Shown: positions 27,658 through 40,644, counted from the whole stretch's first letter. The stretch is 63,104 nt of DNA, filler included, from Octopus bimaculoides (GCF_001194135.2; 3 parts of 3 records of this genome joined end to end with filler, not necessarily neighbours in it), one strand, 5' to 3'. Notes: generated by a model not told the origin, from the letters alone. Program-made: numbers and translations.

Positions 27658-27757
27658 NNNNNNNNNNNNNNNNNNNNNNNNNNNNNNNNNNNNNNNNNNN
27701 NTTAATTAATTAANNNNNNNNNNNNNNNNNNNNNNNNNNNNNNNNNNNNNNNNNNNN
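27658..27757. other. Synthetic scaffold linker: 44 N + TTAATTAATTAA + 44 N
   Basis: Exactly 100 bp with a palindromic six-frame stop; identical at 59420-59519. Confidence 0.95.
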
Positions 27758-27974
27758 GATAGACCTCGCTATGTCAAGATGGACTTATATATTCTTCCTC
27801 ACATTTGGATTGTATATGCTCTCTCCCACTTGGATTTAATATGTTGCCATAATATGTCTTTTTTCTACATTTTCTACATTTTTCGTGCAGCTGAAGATTG
27901 CTCTTCATATTGCATTTAAGGTAATGCTCACATTACTTAAATAAATTGAAGTAGCATGAAACGTGCGTACTGCA
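27758..27974 (+). mobile_element. Penelope-like pseudo-LTR arm, inverted partner of 26972-27199
   Basis: gatagacctcgctatgtcaagatggactta... aligns throughout with the reverse complement of the left arm, with several indels. Confidence 0.6.
27886..27974 (+). ncRNA. Type I hammerhead ribozyme motif with a long stem II
   Basis: TGCAG CTGAAGA [60-nt hairpin] GAAA CG TG CG TA CTGCA. Stem I TGCAG/CTGCA is perfect, stem III is ACG/CGT, the cleavage triplet is GUA; U-U at the base of stem II. Confidence 0.72.
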
Positions 27975-28203
27975 ATCACTTTTGAAATCCGTGTTGCTTA
28001 TTGTTTGATATATATAGATATATATATATATATATATATATATGGACTACGTGCATCGGAAATGTAGGAGACTATATAGAAAAATGACGTACTAATTTAT
28101 GCCCTGCTTTTGTGTAAATACATTGACAAAACAAGAGTGCGCATAATCATTGACTCTGCCTCGTATATATATGCATACACATATATATATATATATAATT
28201 ACG

Positions 28204-28930
28204 TTATTTTTCTAAATATAGTTTTCTACCTTTGCGATGCACTTTGTCCAGCGGACTACAAGTTTGCGTATGCTCTCCAAGAAGGTTTTCGGCTGGACGT
28301 GTAACCATTTATGCACCGCTTCCTTCACATCTTCTCACTGTTGATTGTCCACTCCTTTTCTACATAGTCTTCCAGTATAGGCCCGTTTGAGTCCCCAAAA
28401 AGGTTAGCATCAAGTTTCCTGCGATATTTCCACTCCGTACTCTGTCTTTTGGATTCTACCTCATAAGGACGGACCCACGTTTCACCTCATGTGACTATTC
28501 TGCTCAAAAGGTCCTCACCCTCATTGTTGTAGTGATCGAGTAAACGTTGGCAGACCTCAAGATGTATGCGCTTGTGCTCTACAGTAATTTCTTTTGGTAC
28601 CCATCATCCACAGACTTTATGGAAGTCGAGCTCATCATGGATTATTTGATAGGTTGAACCATGAATGATCTGCAGAGAACAAGCTACGAAATCGATGATA
28701 ACTAACCGGTTCACCATTACCATCTCTCGAGCTTGCTGAACCTTCTCGTCAGAGATAGAGGTCGAGGGGCGTCCTGATCCCTCTTGGTGAATCGGGCTTG
28801 TCAGGCCACTTTTAAACTTCTCAATCCACTCCACTCATACACACTTCTACACGCCAGTACACCGCCTCCGATGAATTTCAGCACCTTCCGACCAGAGAAA
28901 TCGATCACTGTTCTTTGTTCCTGTTTGGCA
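28204..28930 (-). mobile_element. Mariner transposase remnant with internal deletion
   Basis: RFLWSEGAEIHRR; EGSGRPSTS..EKVQQAREMV; IIHDELDFHKVCG*WVPK; RIVT*GETWV; GPILEDYVEK..TINS joined to EDVKEAVHKWLHVQPKTF..RWTKCIAK. Confidence 0.9.
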
Positions 28931-29335
28931 TATATCTATGCACATATAAACATAAGCGTACAGGTATATANNNNNNNNNNNNNNNNNNNNNNNNNNNNNN
29001 NNNNNNNNNNNNNNNNNNNNNNNNNNNNNNNNNNNNNNNNNNNNNNNNNNNNNNNNNNNNNNNNNNNNNNNNNNNNNNNNNNNNNNNNNNNNNNNNNNNN
29101 NNNNNNNNNNNNNNNNNNNNNNNNNNNNNNNNNNNNNNNNNNNNNNNNNNNNNNNNNNNNNNNNNNNNNNNNNNNNNNNNNNNNNNNNNNNNNNNNNNNN
29201 NNNNNNNNNNNNNNNNNNNNNNNNNNNNNNNNNNNNNNNNNNNNNNNNNNNNNNNNNNNNNNNNNNNNNNNNNNNNNNNNNNNNNNNNNNNNNNNNNNNN
29301 NNNNNNNNNNNNNNNNNNNNNNNNNNNNNNNNNNN

Positions 29336-29380
<45 letters not shown>

Positions 29381-29382
<2 letters not shown>

Positions 29383-29410
29383 CAGGATGGCCCAAAAGTA
29401 GGTTTACATT
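29381..29410 (+). mobile_element. Possible isolated Tc1/mariner-type terminal repeat
   Basis: TA-CAGGATGGCCCAAAAGTAGGTTTACA following (TA)n; no partner found. Confidence 0.3.
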
Positions 29411-30287
29411 TATTCAACTATCTCTTTCGCATTCATATATTAAGAGTTTAAATCTTAATTATAATATATATATACATGCATCAGATGAGTCCAAATAAGG
29501 TGTGAGACGAAAGACGCCATAAATTTAGAATTAGCATTAAAAAAGATAGTTAAACCTTAAATCGCATTAAACCTTAAATAGCATGACGTCAGGACGAATG
29601 CTACTGTGTTTTCTATTAGAAACCGTAATACTCCTCCCGAGTTGCCGTTAATTTTTTTTTTACATTTTGTTTTTCGTTTCTTTTTTTTTTGCCATTGGAC
29701 GGGTTACAGCTAATATCATCGTAACTGATTATTAAACACACGCTGGAAATTTTTTTGGCGGAACAAAATTTGACCACCAACTTCGTTTGCTATTTTACAA
29801 TTCTGAAGTTCTCATAGCGAATTACAGGAAGAAATTCTAGGTTGTGTAGGTGAATAATCCTATTTAGATGTTATTAGATATATAATATATAGTTTTTAAT
29901 TCGGAATTCATTACTGAATATGCTTTAAATTCCTATCTCTTGCATTAAGTATAGACGAAATTATTCAGAAGAACATTAGCTACAAACCTGTAATTTTATT
30001 GAATTACTTCGAGGCAGACATAAAGAATGAATCCCAAATCTAGGATCTAAAGAATGTTAATGAATATCAAACTCATGCATCCTTCATTACCGTCAAAACT
30101 CCTTACGGTATTTTATAAAGTTTCTCGTTTTCCATGTTTCTATCTCAATGTTGTACGTTATTTATGTAATTGTATCTAAATATTTAGCTGACATATGCTA
30201 ATTGCAATAGAACTATAGAATATAATAATGCTTCCTTTCGGCTCTTGCGCTACTGGATCCTTCAGTTAATACAACAAAACTATAGAT

Positions 30288-30370
30288 AATAATAATAATA
30301 ATAATAATAATAATAGTAATAATAATAATAGTAGTAGTAGTAGTAGTAGTAGTAGTAGCTGTAGTAGTAT
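30288..30370. repeat. (AAT)n/(AGT)n compound microsatellite
   Basis: Directly visible. Confidence 0.95.
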
Positions 30371-32771
30371 TGGTCTTCATTTGTTGAGGCCGAAAGTCAT
30401 TTGCAGTTTATAGAAGTAAATTAACAAATTTGAAAAATCATTTTAAACACAGTATTTTGTAGCAGGAGATTATATGGAGGCTTGTACGATTTAGAAGTAT
30501 TTGCTAATGGTCAGCTGCTGGGAATGATCATTTTTATTGTAGTTCAAGATAACCGGAGTTCGTTTTCTTGCGTAACACATTATTAGATAAATTATAGAGT
30601 TTGATTCCATCTATTGTGAAATAATTTCTTACAAATCGATAATATTTGTATGCACTGTTGAAAGCATGTCTTTATTTCCATTTAGAAAACCTATACTTTA
30701 TTGATTTAGATTTAAAAGCTTTTAGTAAGCTCATTCGGGATCTGCTAATATGATAAGCATTAGGTTCTCCAGTGATTGACTTCGGCTTTAACATTGAGTG
30801 CATAATGGTAATACGCATTTAGCTGTCAAAAGAATTCACTCGAACCTCATTAGACGCATTAGGAAACTTAAGCGGAATATTATAATGAAGCTGGTCCAGT
30901 GTCCGACTAAAAGTGTGTGATTCACACGTTCAGATCCGACTTCTTGAAATTGGTATTGATATTTTCATCCGTATTCTAGGAGCAGGTATATCAGAACAGA
31001 GCTCTTGTTTGCTGAATGTTTTCTTGTGCGAAAGAGAGCCAACGAACGACCCTATACGATGTTTGCACGAAGAGGTTGAAATAGTATGCACATTTCACTT
31101 GAATAACACACCGCACTGTTGCTAGTACTCTTTGACAAGCAATGCCTCAGACGTGGCCACGATTGAATTTGTTTCAAATAAGACCTAATTCAAATCTAAT
31201 GAACAATAACAAAGAATTTAGGGAAAATGTTCAATACATGTACTCACTGTGAATAGCGAAAAAAAAAAACTAAGCAAAATGTTGAGCTTGACCTTCTGTC
31301 CGTTTAAAAGTCTTCAAACAGCTGAGAGAGGGAACGTAACGTTTTGACATCACCAATCATTACACAACACTGGATCTGGATAGTTTACATTAAAGCAAAT
31401 CATGACGTAGTTAATAGAGAAGTGCATATGTGACGGTAGAACAACCAGATCTATTTCCAGGTCTACCCTAGCATTTCAGAGATAGTTGAAGAATATAATG
31501 CATAATAAAATTTAGCGTTTACTATGATAGGAAAGCATAAAGAATGATCGCGGTTAACATGTTTATCAAACGGAATATTTTAGTCATAGAAAAATCTCAG
31601 CGAGTTAACTGGAAGATTTGTAGCTTAAAAGTTATATATTACAGCAATGAAAGTATCGGTTCCCTTTCATAAAGGAAAGAAACTATAGCAAAAGATAAGA
31701 ATACTTCAGGCATGTAGCCATACAAATGTAACATAATGTAAATATTCACATATGCGAACCCGGAAACACAGCGAAAGAGAAAGCGAAGGGTGAATTTAGA
31801 TAGCATAAATAAATAGAAAGGAGGTTAGAAGTGTTTTGTTAGAAATATAACTGATTTGTTAGAAATAAAGCTAAACCTTTCTCAAATTACAGCCTATCAA
31901 ATGAAAAAGGATACATCGAATATTGCAATCCTAGAGACAGTGTATGAAATGATGAACTAGTTGGCCCTAGGCCCGGTAGGTCACATCAGTAGTGCAGCTA
32001 GGAGCTAAGCAACAGTGAAGATTTCACCAAAAATACCATATGAATGATGGATCGTATTTGAGAACACTAAAACCGCTAAAAAAAAAACGCAGACATTATC
32101 ACCTTCGTCACTTACGGTATTCAAATTATTAATATATATGAAATATTTAACATAATCTACAAAGGCAGGCTGAATTCCAACATCCCTCAAGGATGGATTA
32201 AGTGACCAACGCCATTCCATAATACGCATGGCGCTGCCCATCCAATGATACTTATTTCAAAGGGCTCTCAGTTATACCTAAAGAACAAAATTACGCAAAA
32301 TTACAGATGATCTACAGCTTATCATATTTCCTAAAGCCATCGTTGAGAAAGTGTTTATTGTACACAGCTGATCACATTAGACAGGCATAAGAGGTGCCTC
32401 AAAAATTGACGCAGACCTATTATAAACATCTTTCACTTTTTCTCCCAAACAACATCATACAATAAATCACCGAGATACTTCATTAGGCTAACTAGAAATA
32501 TTCATTAGGCTAACTAGAAAAATTACTCTCTCGATAGATTTAATAAGAACCAGAACAGATTCCAGTTGCCATGGATAAAAGAACAGCGGTGGAAACACAC
32601 CTTAGAATATTATGCAATAAATAGGTGCAACAAAAGCATTGAGAATGTTAGAAGAGAAAGGCAAAAGAAACGAATTACAATATTGCACACTGTTCAGTCG
32701 TATACATCACAAATCGTCACATATTACAATTTGCTCTACCAGGTTTCACTGAAGCTGAAACTAATAGTATC

Positions 32772-32857
32772 CAGATCACCCCCACCCAACAGATCACCCC
32801 ACCCAAAGGTCACCCACCCAACAGGTCACCCCATCCAACAGATCACCCCACCCAACA
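32772..32857. repeat. About 17-bp minisatellite (aacagatcaccccaccc), about 5 copies
   Basis: Directly visible. Confidence 0.85.
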
Positions 32858-34140
32858 ACACCACAATCACCAACTCAGAAACATCTGTCATCTCGTAACC
32901 ACCTATTCATCCATCAAACTGCATCAACAAATCTGATACGAAATAACACCGAGAAATTGTAAGCCAGGACGATGACATTAATCATAAATTCAATTCTCTC
33001 TTCCAAGACAGATTACATCGTTCTTTTATAACACAATTGACATTATAATACGCAAAGCAGTTCTTATATANNNNNNNNNNNNNNNNNNNNNNNNNNNNNN
33101 NNNNNNNNNNNNNNNNNNNNNNNNNNNNNNNNNNNNNNNNNNNNNNNNNNNNNNNNNNNNNNNNNNNNNNNNNNNNNNNNNNNNNNNNNNNNNNNNNNNN
33201 NNNNNNNNNNNNNNNNNNNNNNNNNNNNNNNNNNNNNNNNNNNNNNNNNNNNNNNNNNNNNNNNNNNNNNNNNNNNNNNNNNNNNNNNNNNNNNNNNNNN
33301 NNNNNNNNNNNNNNNNNNNNNNNNNNNNNNNNNNNNNNNNNNNNNNNNNNNNNNNNNNNNNNNNNNNNNNNNNNNNNNNNNNNNNNNNNNNNNNNNNNNN
33401 NNNNNNNNNNNNNNNNNNNNNNNNNNNNNNNNNNNNNNNNNNNNNNNNNNNNNNNNNNNNNNNNNNNNNNNNNNNNNNNNNNNNNNNNNNNNNNNNNNNN
33501 NNNNNNNNNNNNNNNNNNNNNNNNNNNNNNNNNNNNNNNNNNNNNNNNNNNNNNNNNNNNNNNNNNNNNNNNNNNNNNNNNNNNNNNNNNNNNNNNNNNN
33601 NNNNNNNNNNNNNNNNNNNNNNNNNNNNNNNNNNNNNNNNNNNNNNNNNNNNNNNNNNNNNNNNNNNNNNNNNNNNNNNNNNNNNNNNNNNNNNNNNNNN
33701 NNNNNNNNNNNNNNNNNNNNNNNNNNNNNNNNNNNNNNNNNNNNNNNNNNNNNNNNNNNNNNNNNNNNNNNNNNNNNNNNNNNNNNNNNNNNNNNNNNNN
33801 NNNNNNNNNNNNNNNNNNNNNNNNNNNNNNNNNNNNNNNNNNNNNNNNNNNNNNNNNNNNNNNNNNNNNNNNNNNNNNNNNNNNNNNNNNNNNNNGAGCT
33901 AAACTGCCCAGCCACAAGTTTTTCTTGAAATTTAAAATGTATAGAAATCTCGCTTTATGAGACGCTATCATATGTTAAATTCAAATTACGATAAACGTAA
34001 ACAAACAAACGAAGTTTGCTTTTAGAAGAGTTGGGATGGTGTAGAAAGTTAAAGAAGTGATTTCAAATTCACAGACGCAGGATAATGCTAATAATATAGC
34101 CTGAACAGGATAAACTACCCCTATTTTGCAGAAAAAAGTG

Positions 34141-34722
34141 TGGGCACCTGGTAAAACTTGGGTACACAAATCGCTACGATGTTTGGATACCCCATGAGAT
34201 GAGTGAGAAGAAACCTTTGGCTCGCATTTCCATCTGTGATTCGCTTTATAAACGAATGAAAATGCGCCTTTTTTAAAGCATATTGTGACAGGTGATGAGA
34301 AATATATTATGTACCAAAATGTTCAGAGAAAGCGATCCTGGAGTAAGCGACATGAGCCACCCTTAGCCACCCCAAAAGCGGGTCTTCACCCTAAAAAAAG
34401 TCTTGCTTTGTGTCTGATGGGATTGGAAAGGAAATCTGTACTATGAGCTTCTTCCAAGTAACCAGATATTGCTACTTCAGATTTCCACTTATTCAGGTCT
34501 CTGCAGAATAGTTTTAAATGTAAAAATTTCAATTCCTTGGATGACGTAAAAAAATACCTTGATGAATTCTTTGCCATGAAACCACCTCAATTTTGAGAAA
34601 AGGGTATTTTCAAGTTAAAGGAAACATGGAGACGCATTGTGCAATAAAATGGTTCATATTTGTATGATTAAAAATGTAATGACAACAATTTATTGTCCTT
34701 TTTCTTTCCTTTAAAAATCGGG
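34141..34722 (+). mobile_element. Mariner (mellifera-like) transposase remnant with internal deletion
   Basis: HLVKLGYTNRYDVWIPHEM; FLKHIVTGDEKYIMYQNVQRKRSW; GLHPKK..LCV*WDWKGNLYYELLPSNQ joined to PDIATSDFHLFRSLQNSF..WRRIVQ*NGSYL. Confidence 0.92.

Positions 34723-34726
<4 letters not shown>

Positions 34727-34808
<82 letters not shown>
34727..34808. repeat. (GT)n microsatellite
   Basis: Directly visible. Confidence 0.95.
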
Positions 34809-34810
<2 letters not shown>

Positions 34811-35065
34811 TTATCGCCATATCAATATGGTTCTTGGAAATTTCTACCGTTTTATAAAGCCACGAAGAGCTTTCTTCGGCTGGTTATTGAGGCAGTCTGC
34901 ACCTGGTATATATTGCAAGCAAGAGAGCATGGATGGATGTTAATATCTATCAATATCTATCTATCTATATGTGTGTGTGTCTGTGTGTGTGTATGTGGAC
35001 ATTACTGTTTTGTGCATTTCAGCGCAAGAGGTGTAACCTTGCTAGGGTAACGGTTTTATCATTAC

Positions 35066-35162
35066 CTTTTTACGTGGCTCAGATGACTGGCATTTGGTGA
35101 TGGAGATTGATACTACGTTCTTGCTTTGAGCTTCTTGCTTTGACCTAGGTGCATCTTGGAAC
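35066..35162 (-). CDS. Candidate exon, 97 nt, phase 2->0 (FQDAPRSKQEAQSKNVVSISITKCQSSEPRKK)
   Basis: Strong acceptor ttgaccttctgccttctag; donor aag|GTAATG; only one open frame. Confidence 0.45.
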
Positions 35163-35996
35163 CTAGAAGGCAGAAGGTCAAGGTAATACGTGAAAACATT
35201 TACTCTCCCTCTGCGTGTAGTGTGTGTGTGTGTGTGTGTGTTTGTTGTTTGCGTGTGTACACACACACACAAATTGATAGATAGGACAGATAGATATCAA
35301 ATAAATATAACGCAGAATTTCAATCGATATAATACGAACATTAGGGTATTACTTAGATATTTCTATATTATTAATATGGAGTTATCGTAAAATTTCACTC
35401 TGAGTAATAATATCAATATAACCGTAGGCTTTAAATATCCGCAACGTGAATAAAACGTAAAATACACTTTACTGGCATTAATGCTTTTGGTGGGTGTGTA
35501 CAATTATGCAATTTATATAGAAATAACCATTAAATTTAACAATATCATCCAAAATATTCAATTGATTAATATTATAAAGCATATTTGTTTAACATTCCTG
35601 TATTTCCGTTGTTTGCCAGTTACATGAAAATGATTATTAGTATTATCATTATTATCATTATCATTGCTGTTATTATTATTATTATCATTATTATTATTAA
35701 CACTGCTACTACTGTTTATTTATTTATTTATTAATTTATATATTTATATATTTGCCATCACTATCTTTCAGAAGAACAGCGGGAGTGCCACTATTAATAT
35801 ATATGGATCGATCGTAAAAAAATATAAATCCTATTACAAAGAAAAGAGGGAACACATGGAACAATACTTTTTTTTTTTTTAAAGAAACTTGCATTCTATG
35901 ATTGTGTGGAGACTTTTTTTGGTCGTATTGGAAAATATTTCTTTATCTATCTCTCTCTTTATACGTGTGTGTATATACATATATACACATAAGCAT

Positions 35997-36029
<33 letters not shown>

Positions 36030-36182
36030 CTGTCTGTGTATGTGTGTGTGTGTGCGTGTATGTGTGTGTGTGTATTTGTGTGTGTGTTAGTGTGTGTGTG
36101 CATGTACAGAGAGAGGAAGAGAGAGACAGAGAAAATCACAAGGTATAGCTTCGTTTCATGCCATTTATTTTAACACTGGGAA

Positions 36183-36225
<43 letters not shown>

Positions 36226-36994
36226 TATATATTCCTGAGAGTAATATGAAATACCCATTATCAATTGAACATATATTGATAATGTTAGAGCTTACATTCA
36301 AAGCCTGACTGTGAGGAGCTGAAAAATAGCGGACAAAACGATAAATCCATATTTCAGAAGAATATTAGGAAATAGGAAAGCCTGTTTGCTTTTGGAAATA
36401 AATATAAAAACATGTTCGAAAATGCATATTAGAATTTACGTATATGTTAAAAGAACAAGAGATCTAAGATTATTTCACGAGAAATAATCACGTGTTAGAT
36501 CCATACGCAACAAATATATTCACCCTTTGAACATAAAATCACACAAAACGGTAATCCAATTTATGTATGAAACATAGAGTACCTGCTGCTATAAAATGAA
36601 TATTAGATACTAAAATAATGTGATTTTTAGCTGTGTTAAAAGTAACTCTTCTCGTGATATCCAGTTGTTTTTTATGTCTCTGCCAATCCCGATTGACCTG
36701 ACATATGAGCAAATGGATTCAAGATGTGCCTAGTTTGCCCTGTTGGATCTATATGTTGAATATGTTATCTTGAGGAGTAACCATTGCAAGATTTGTCTAT
36801 TATTTCTAACCAGTCGATATACCATGTAGATGTCCCTTCGATGTCCCATAACATGTAGCTAAGTCGATAACAAGCCTGACCATATAAATTCCCTCACTAA
36901 TGATCCGATTTTCTTTTTGTAGGCGAGGAATATAAGACTATATTCTCTAATGTGTCCCTTTAGGTTTTTAAATGCAGTTCGATTGCTCATTAGG

Positions 36995-37115
36995 GTTTTC
37001 TTCGGCTGCTACTTCCGGCTGTGAATGATACCACATATGGGGCTTCAGTTATCGATCGTTTTCTTCGGCTGCTACTTCTAGTTGTACCGCATAGGGTAGT
37101 ACTTATCCATCGTTT
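36995..37115. repeat. Degenerate tandem duplication, about 63-bp unit
   Basis: Exact 21-mer gttttcttcggctgctacttc at 36995 and 37058; the following sequences also align loosely. Confidence 0.7.
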
Positions 37116-37794
37116 AGTCACATGTTTTATTCGATGTTGGTATATGTGCAAATTCTTGATCATATTTATTAATTTCAAAAGATACCAAATGAACAAATGT
37201 GTGAATATCAGCGTAACAATAACATTCAATGTAATATAGATTCCAATAACATAATGTCTAATATGACATTACTGATGCCTGTTAAATTATAGCGTGGCAG
37301 TAAATAGCTATCGTAATATTTACAAACTGATTCTGTTTGTGCAGTTCTGTCTGGTTGATATAATTACTCTGTAGATTTGAGTTTATGTCCCAATATCAAG
37401 GTGTATTCCTGGAAGAAGCTTAATGAAGTATTGGAAAAAATAATGAACTCAATGAAGGAAATGAAACAACGTACACGGAAATAAGATTTCAAGTTTAGAC
37501 TAGCGATGCGAACGCTTTTTTGATAAATTGTATCGCATTTGGCTAAGAATGTGGTTTAAATGCTTCTGATCGAGAATAAACATGTTTATTAGATTTCTGA
37601 GGAGGAGAATGGCTGGAGAAGATATATCTTAAGGTCCTTTAATCTTGAAGAAAACATAATTTTGGACGAAGTTTCTATCCTTCACGATATATAGGAGGCG
37701 TGGATAAACAAACATATATATTGATATATGTCTGCACGTATTTTCTTTATCCTTTTCTTCTGTTATATGTTTCAGCCCAAAAGCCGTGGTCATG

Positions 37795-37843
<49 letters not shown>

Positions 37844-38420
37844 TACACACACCTGCTTGTGTACAAATATCTATATTTGTAGACTTCCACACAATCTCTG
37901 CTCACATGTTATAAGTCAATGCCAGTTTATCAAAGAAGGCGGTTGCTAAAACTGCCAGTCAAAGGTATTGAAGTGGGAAGTACATTATTTCGAAGGACAA
38001 CTTCTTTGCCACAGAGCCGTGTTCCTGTCTTATCACTTTCTCGCCTGTCGAGAACAAAATAAATCTGGGTATGGAATATTCAGTGAAGTTATATGAAAGG
38101 TGTGGGAGGAGGAGTTGGACATAATCCAATCAACATAAATTTAAAATTAAATGCAAGCATTTCTAAAATATACAATAAACGCTTCTTTGCACATAAAATG
38201 AAATATGGTCTAGATTTTGAAGCTGCAACTGTAACAGAGAATAGAGTTCTTTTTTCTATAACATTGTCTGCAAGATGTCTCACTTTTTAATTGATAACTG
38301 ATATGCGTTTGTTTTTACCGAAACTCTATCTACTAGTTTTTTAAAGCGCTATTGCCGACTGCAGTATAGAAAATCTTACTACATATTCTATTGGTTATGT
38401 TTGCAAATTTCCCTACTCAC

Positions 38421-38572
38421 CTTCTACTCATACATAGAGACACATGGAAGCGCGAGTATACAAGTAATTTTGGAGATATTTAACTGCTTGGCCAAGCACA
38501 CATTCATTACAGCAAACATTTGAAAATGTGTATATCTACTTTAGTCAATATGGTGTGTATATGAACGTTATT
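38421..38572 (-). other. Candidate exon, 152 nt: non-coding 5' part plus possible start ATG (38431), M-S-R-R, ending phase 2
   Basis: Acceptor attttatttctgattgtag; donor aag|GTGAGT; all frames closed before the ATG; phase-compatible with 35066-35162. Confidence 0.35.
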
Positions 38573-39316
38573 CTACAATCAGAAATAAAATATATCAACT
38601 TTTCACCCTCGGTTATTAGTTAACTGGGATGACTTGGGTCAGTATGGATCATTTCTCTGTAAAGACACTCATAAGATATGACAGCTACTCGACTATTAAT
38701 CTCACTTTCAACATGTCACTTTTCCCAGTGCATGAAATATGCTGAACATGTGACCCCGAGTACGAAAAGCTGAACTCCTTTTTGTGTTGACTGCAACAAC
38801 TACTTTGTTCCTTCTGCTGAAACACACAGCTGAACCACTCCTATACTACGCCCTGTCAAAGAACCTTTCTCTCTCTCTCACTCTCAGTATCTTTTCAACT
38901 CTCCCTACACCACCTCTCTCTCCTGCTCATTATCCTATGCATTTCAGTAAAGAAAACTTATTGGATAACTAAGTAAAAAAATGGTTATTCTTGTCAGAGA
39001 GTAAATAGTAACATATAATAGGCAATTTTATTTTCCACGGGTCTTTTTTTTTTTACTTTCTTTTCCATTTTTGGCAAGACATGCACGAGTATCTATCACA
39101 TGGTTTAGGCGCATGTACACGTGCATATATATANNNNNNNNNNNNNNNNNNNNNNNNNNNNNNNNNNNNNNNNNNNNNNNNNNNNNNNNNNNNTATATAT
39201 ATATATGTATATATAGTTAATCCAAATAAACAAAGAAAAAACACGAGAAAAGCAATAACGCGAAGAGGTGGTACATGCAAAGTATTAGCAGACTCTCACA
39301 AAAGGAAAGAAAAGTA

Positions 39317-39351
39317 GTTTTACGTTTCGAGCAAAGCTCTTCTTCAGGAAC
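39317..39351 (-). ncRNA. Minimal Penelope-type hammerhead motif
   Basis: GTTC CTGAAGA A GAGC TTT GCTC GAAAC GTA AAAC. Palindromic ACGT stem III; C-A mismatch at the base of stem I. Confidence 0.6.
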
Positions 39352-39521
39352 AGGAGACAGAGGTAAGTCCAAGAAAAAAGAAAGACAAAGGTAAAAAATC
39401 GCCAACGATCCACATGCAGTTACATTTATATGTATACTTATATATATATATATATATATATACAAGTGGGGGTGGAACTCTATATATCTATATATGTATA
39501 TATGTATATGTGTATGTGTTT

Positions 39522-39862
39522 GTGAAGGCGCATGGCTCAGTGGTTAGAACGTCGAGATTACGAACGTGAGCTTGTGAGTTCGAATCCCGGAGCAGGCTGC
39601 GTGTTGTGTTCTTGAGCAAGACACTTTATCTCACGTTGCTCCAGTTGACTCAGCTTTGCTATCGAAATGAGTTGCAACATCACTGGTAGCAAGCTGTATC
39701 GGCCTTTGCCTTTCCCTTGGATAACATCAGTGGTGTGGGGAGTGGAGGCTGGTATGCATGGGGGACTGTTGGTATTCCACATACAACCTTGTCTGGACTT
39801 GTGCCTCGGAGGGTAACTTTCTAGGTGCAATCCGATGGTCATTCATGACCGAAGAGGGTCTC
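39522..39862 (+). mobile_element. SINE family C with an alternative 3' half
   Basis: A box tggctcagtggt, B box gagttcgaatccc; centre shared with 25527-25794, tail different. Confidence 0.88.
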
Positions 39863-40491
39863 CTCCTCCATTTATATTTATATATTGTTCGTGCATAAGT
39901 AGACCATTAGCTAAGTATCATGTTTGGATATAAATACTTACTGCATCTTATAATATATCTTGAAAATACTAATGTATTTTCTTCATATATTTCGACAGCA
40001 ACCCCCTCCTGAAACGTTAAATACACAATTCTCTGAATATTGAAAATTACATTGATAATGGCAGAGTTTATAAAGTTCAAATAATTACCGGTTTGCGCCG
40101 AGACATTTCTTTCTAGAATTACTTTTGCAATTGCTCTCGAAACCACATATAGGAAACTTTAATGAATTTTCAATGAAATTCAATTTTTGAAGATATTATA
40201 ATGTTAAAGGCTAAAAGCTTTCTTAAATACATAAATCCCAATAGATCGTTTAAAAGATTATTTCAGAAAATATGGTTGCTTGTTAAAGTAAAAGAATTGC
40301 CAAGGAAAAATAAATAATTTTGAAAATAGCGTACAAGTTTATAGAATTCAAATCATTTAATGTAATATAACACATTAATTTAAATAACGCTAAAACATTT
40401 CCTCAATCACTCAATCATTTGTTTGTGCCTACCTCTACAATCATATGCTTAAACATATGCCAAAACACAAACACACGCTTACAGATATATG

Positions 40492-40567
<76 letters not shown>

Positions 40568-40606
40568 CATAGATTTACATAGTCACACACCATATAAATG
40601 TATGTT

Positions 40607-40644
<38 letters not shown>

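Noticed and set aside
29480-29525. cagatgagtccaaataagg...gacgaaag, resembling schistosome-type hammerheads
   Set aside because: U4 is mutated, and stems I and III do not form.
36640-36960. Possible L1/Tx1-like relic (SLVREFIWSG)
   Set aside because: A single weak motif.
36995-37078. Two exact 21-bp repeats with a 42-bp spacer, superficially CRISPR-like
   Set aside because: Only two repeats, the spacers resemble each other (tandem duplication), there are no cas genes, and the context is eukaryotic.
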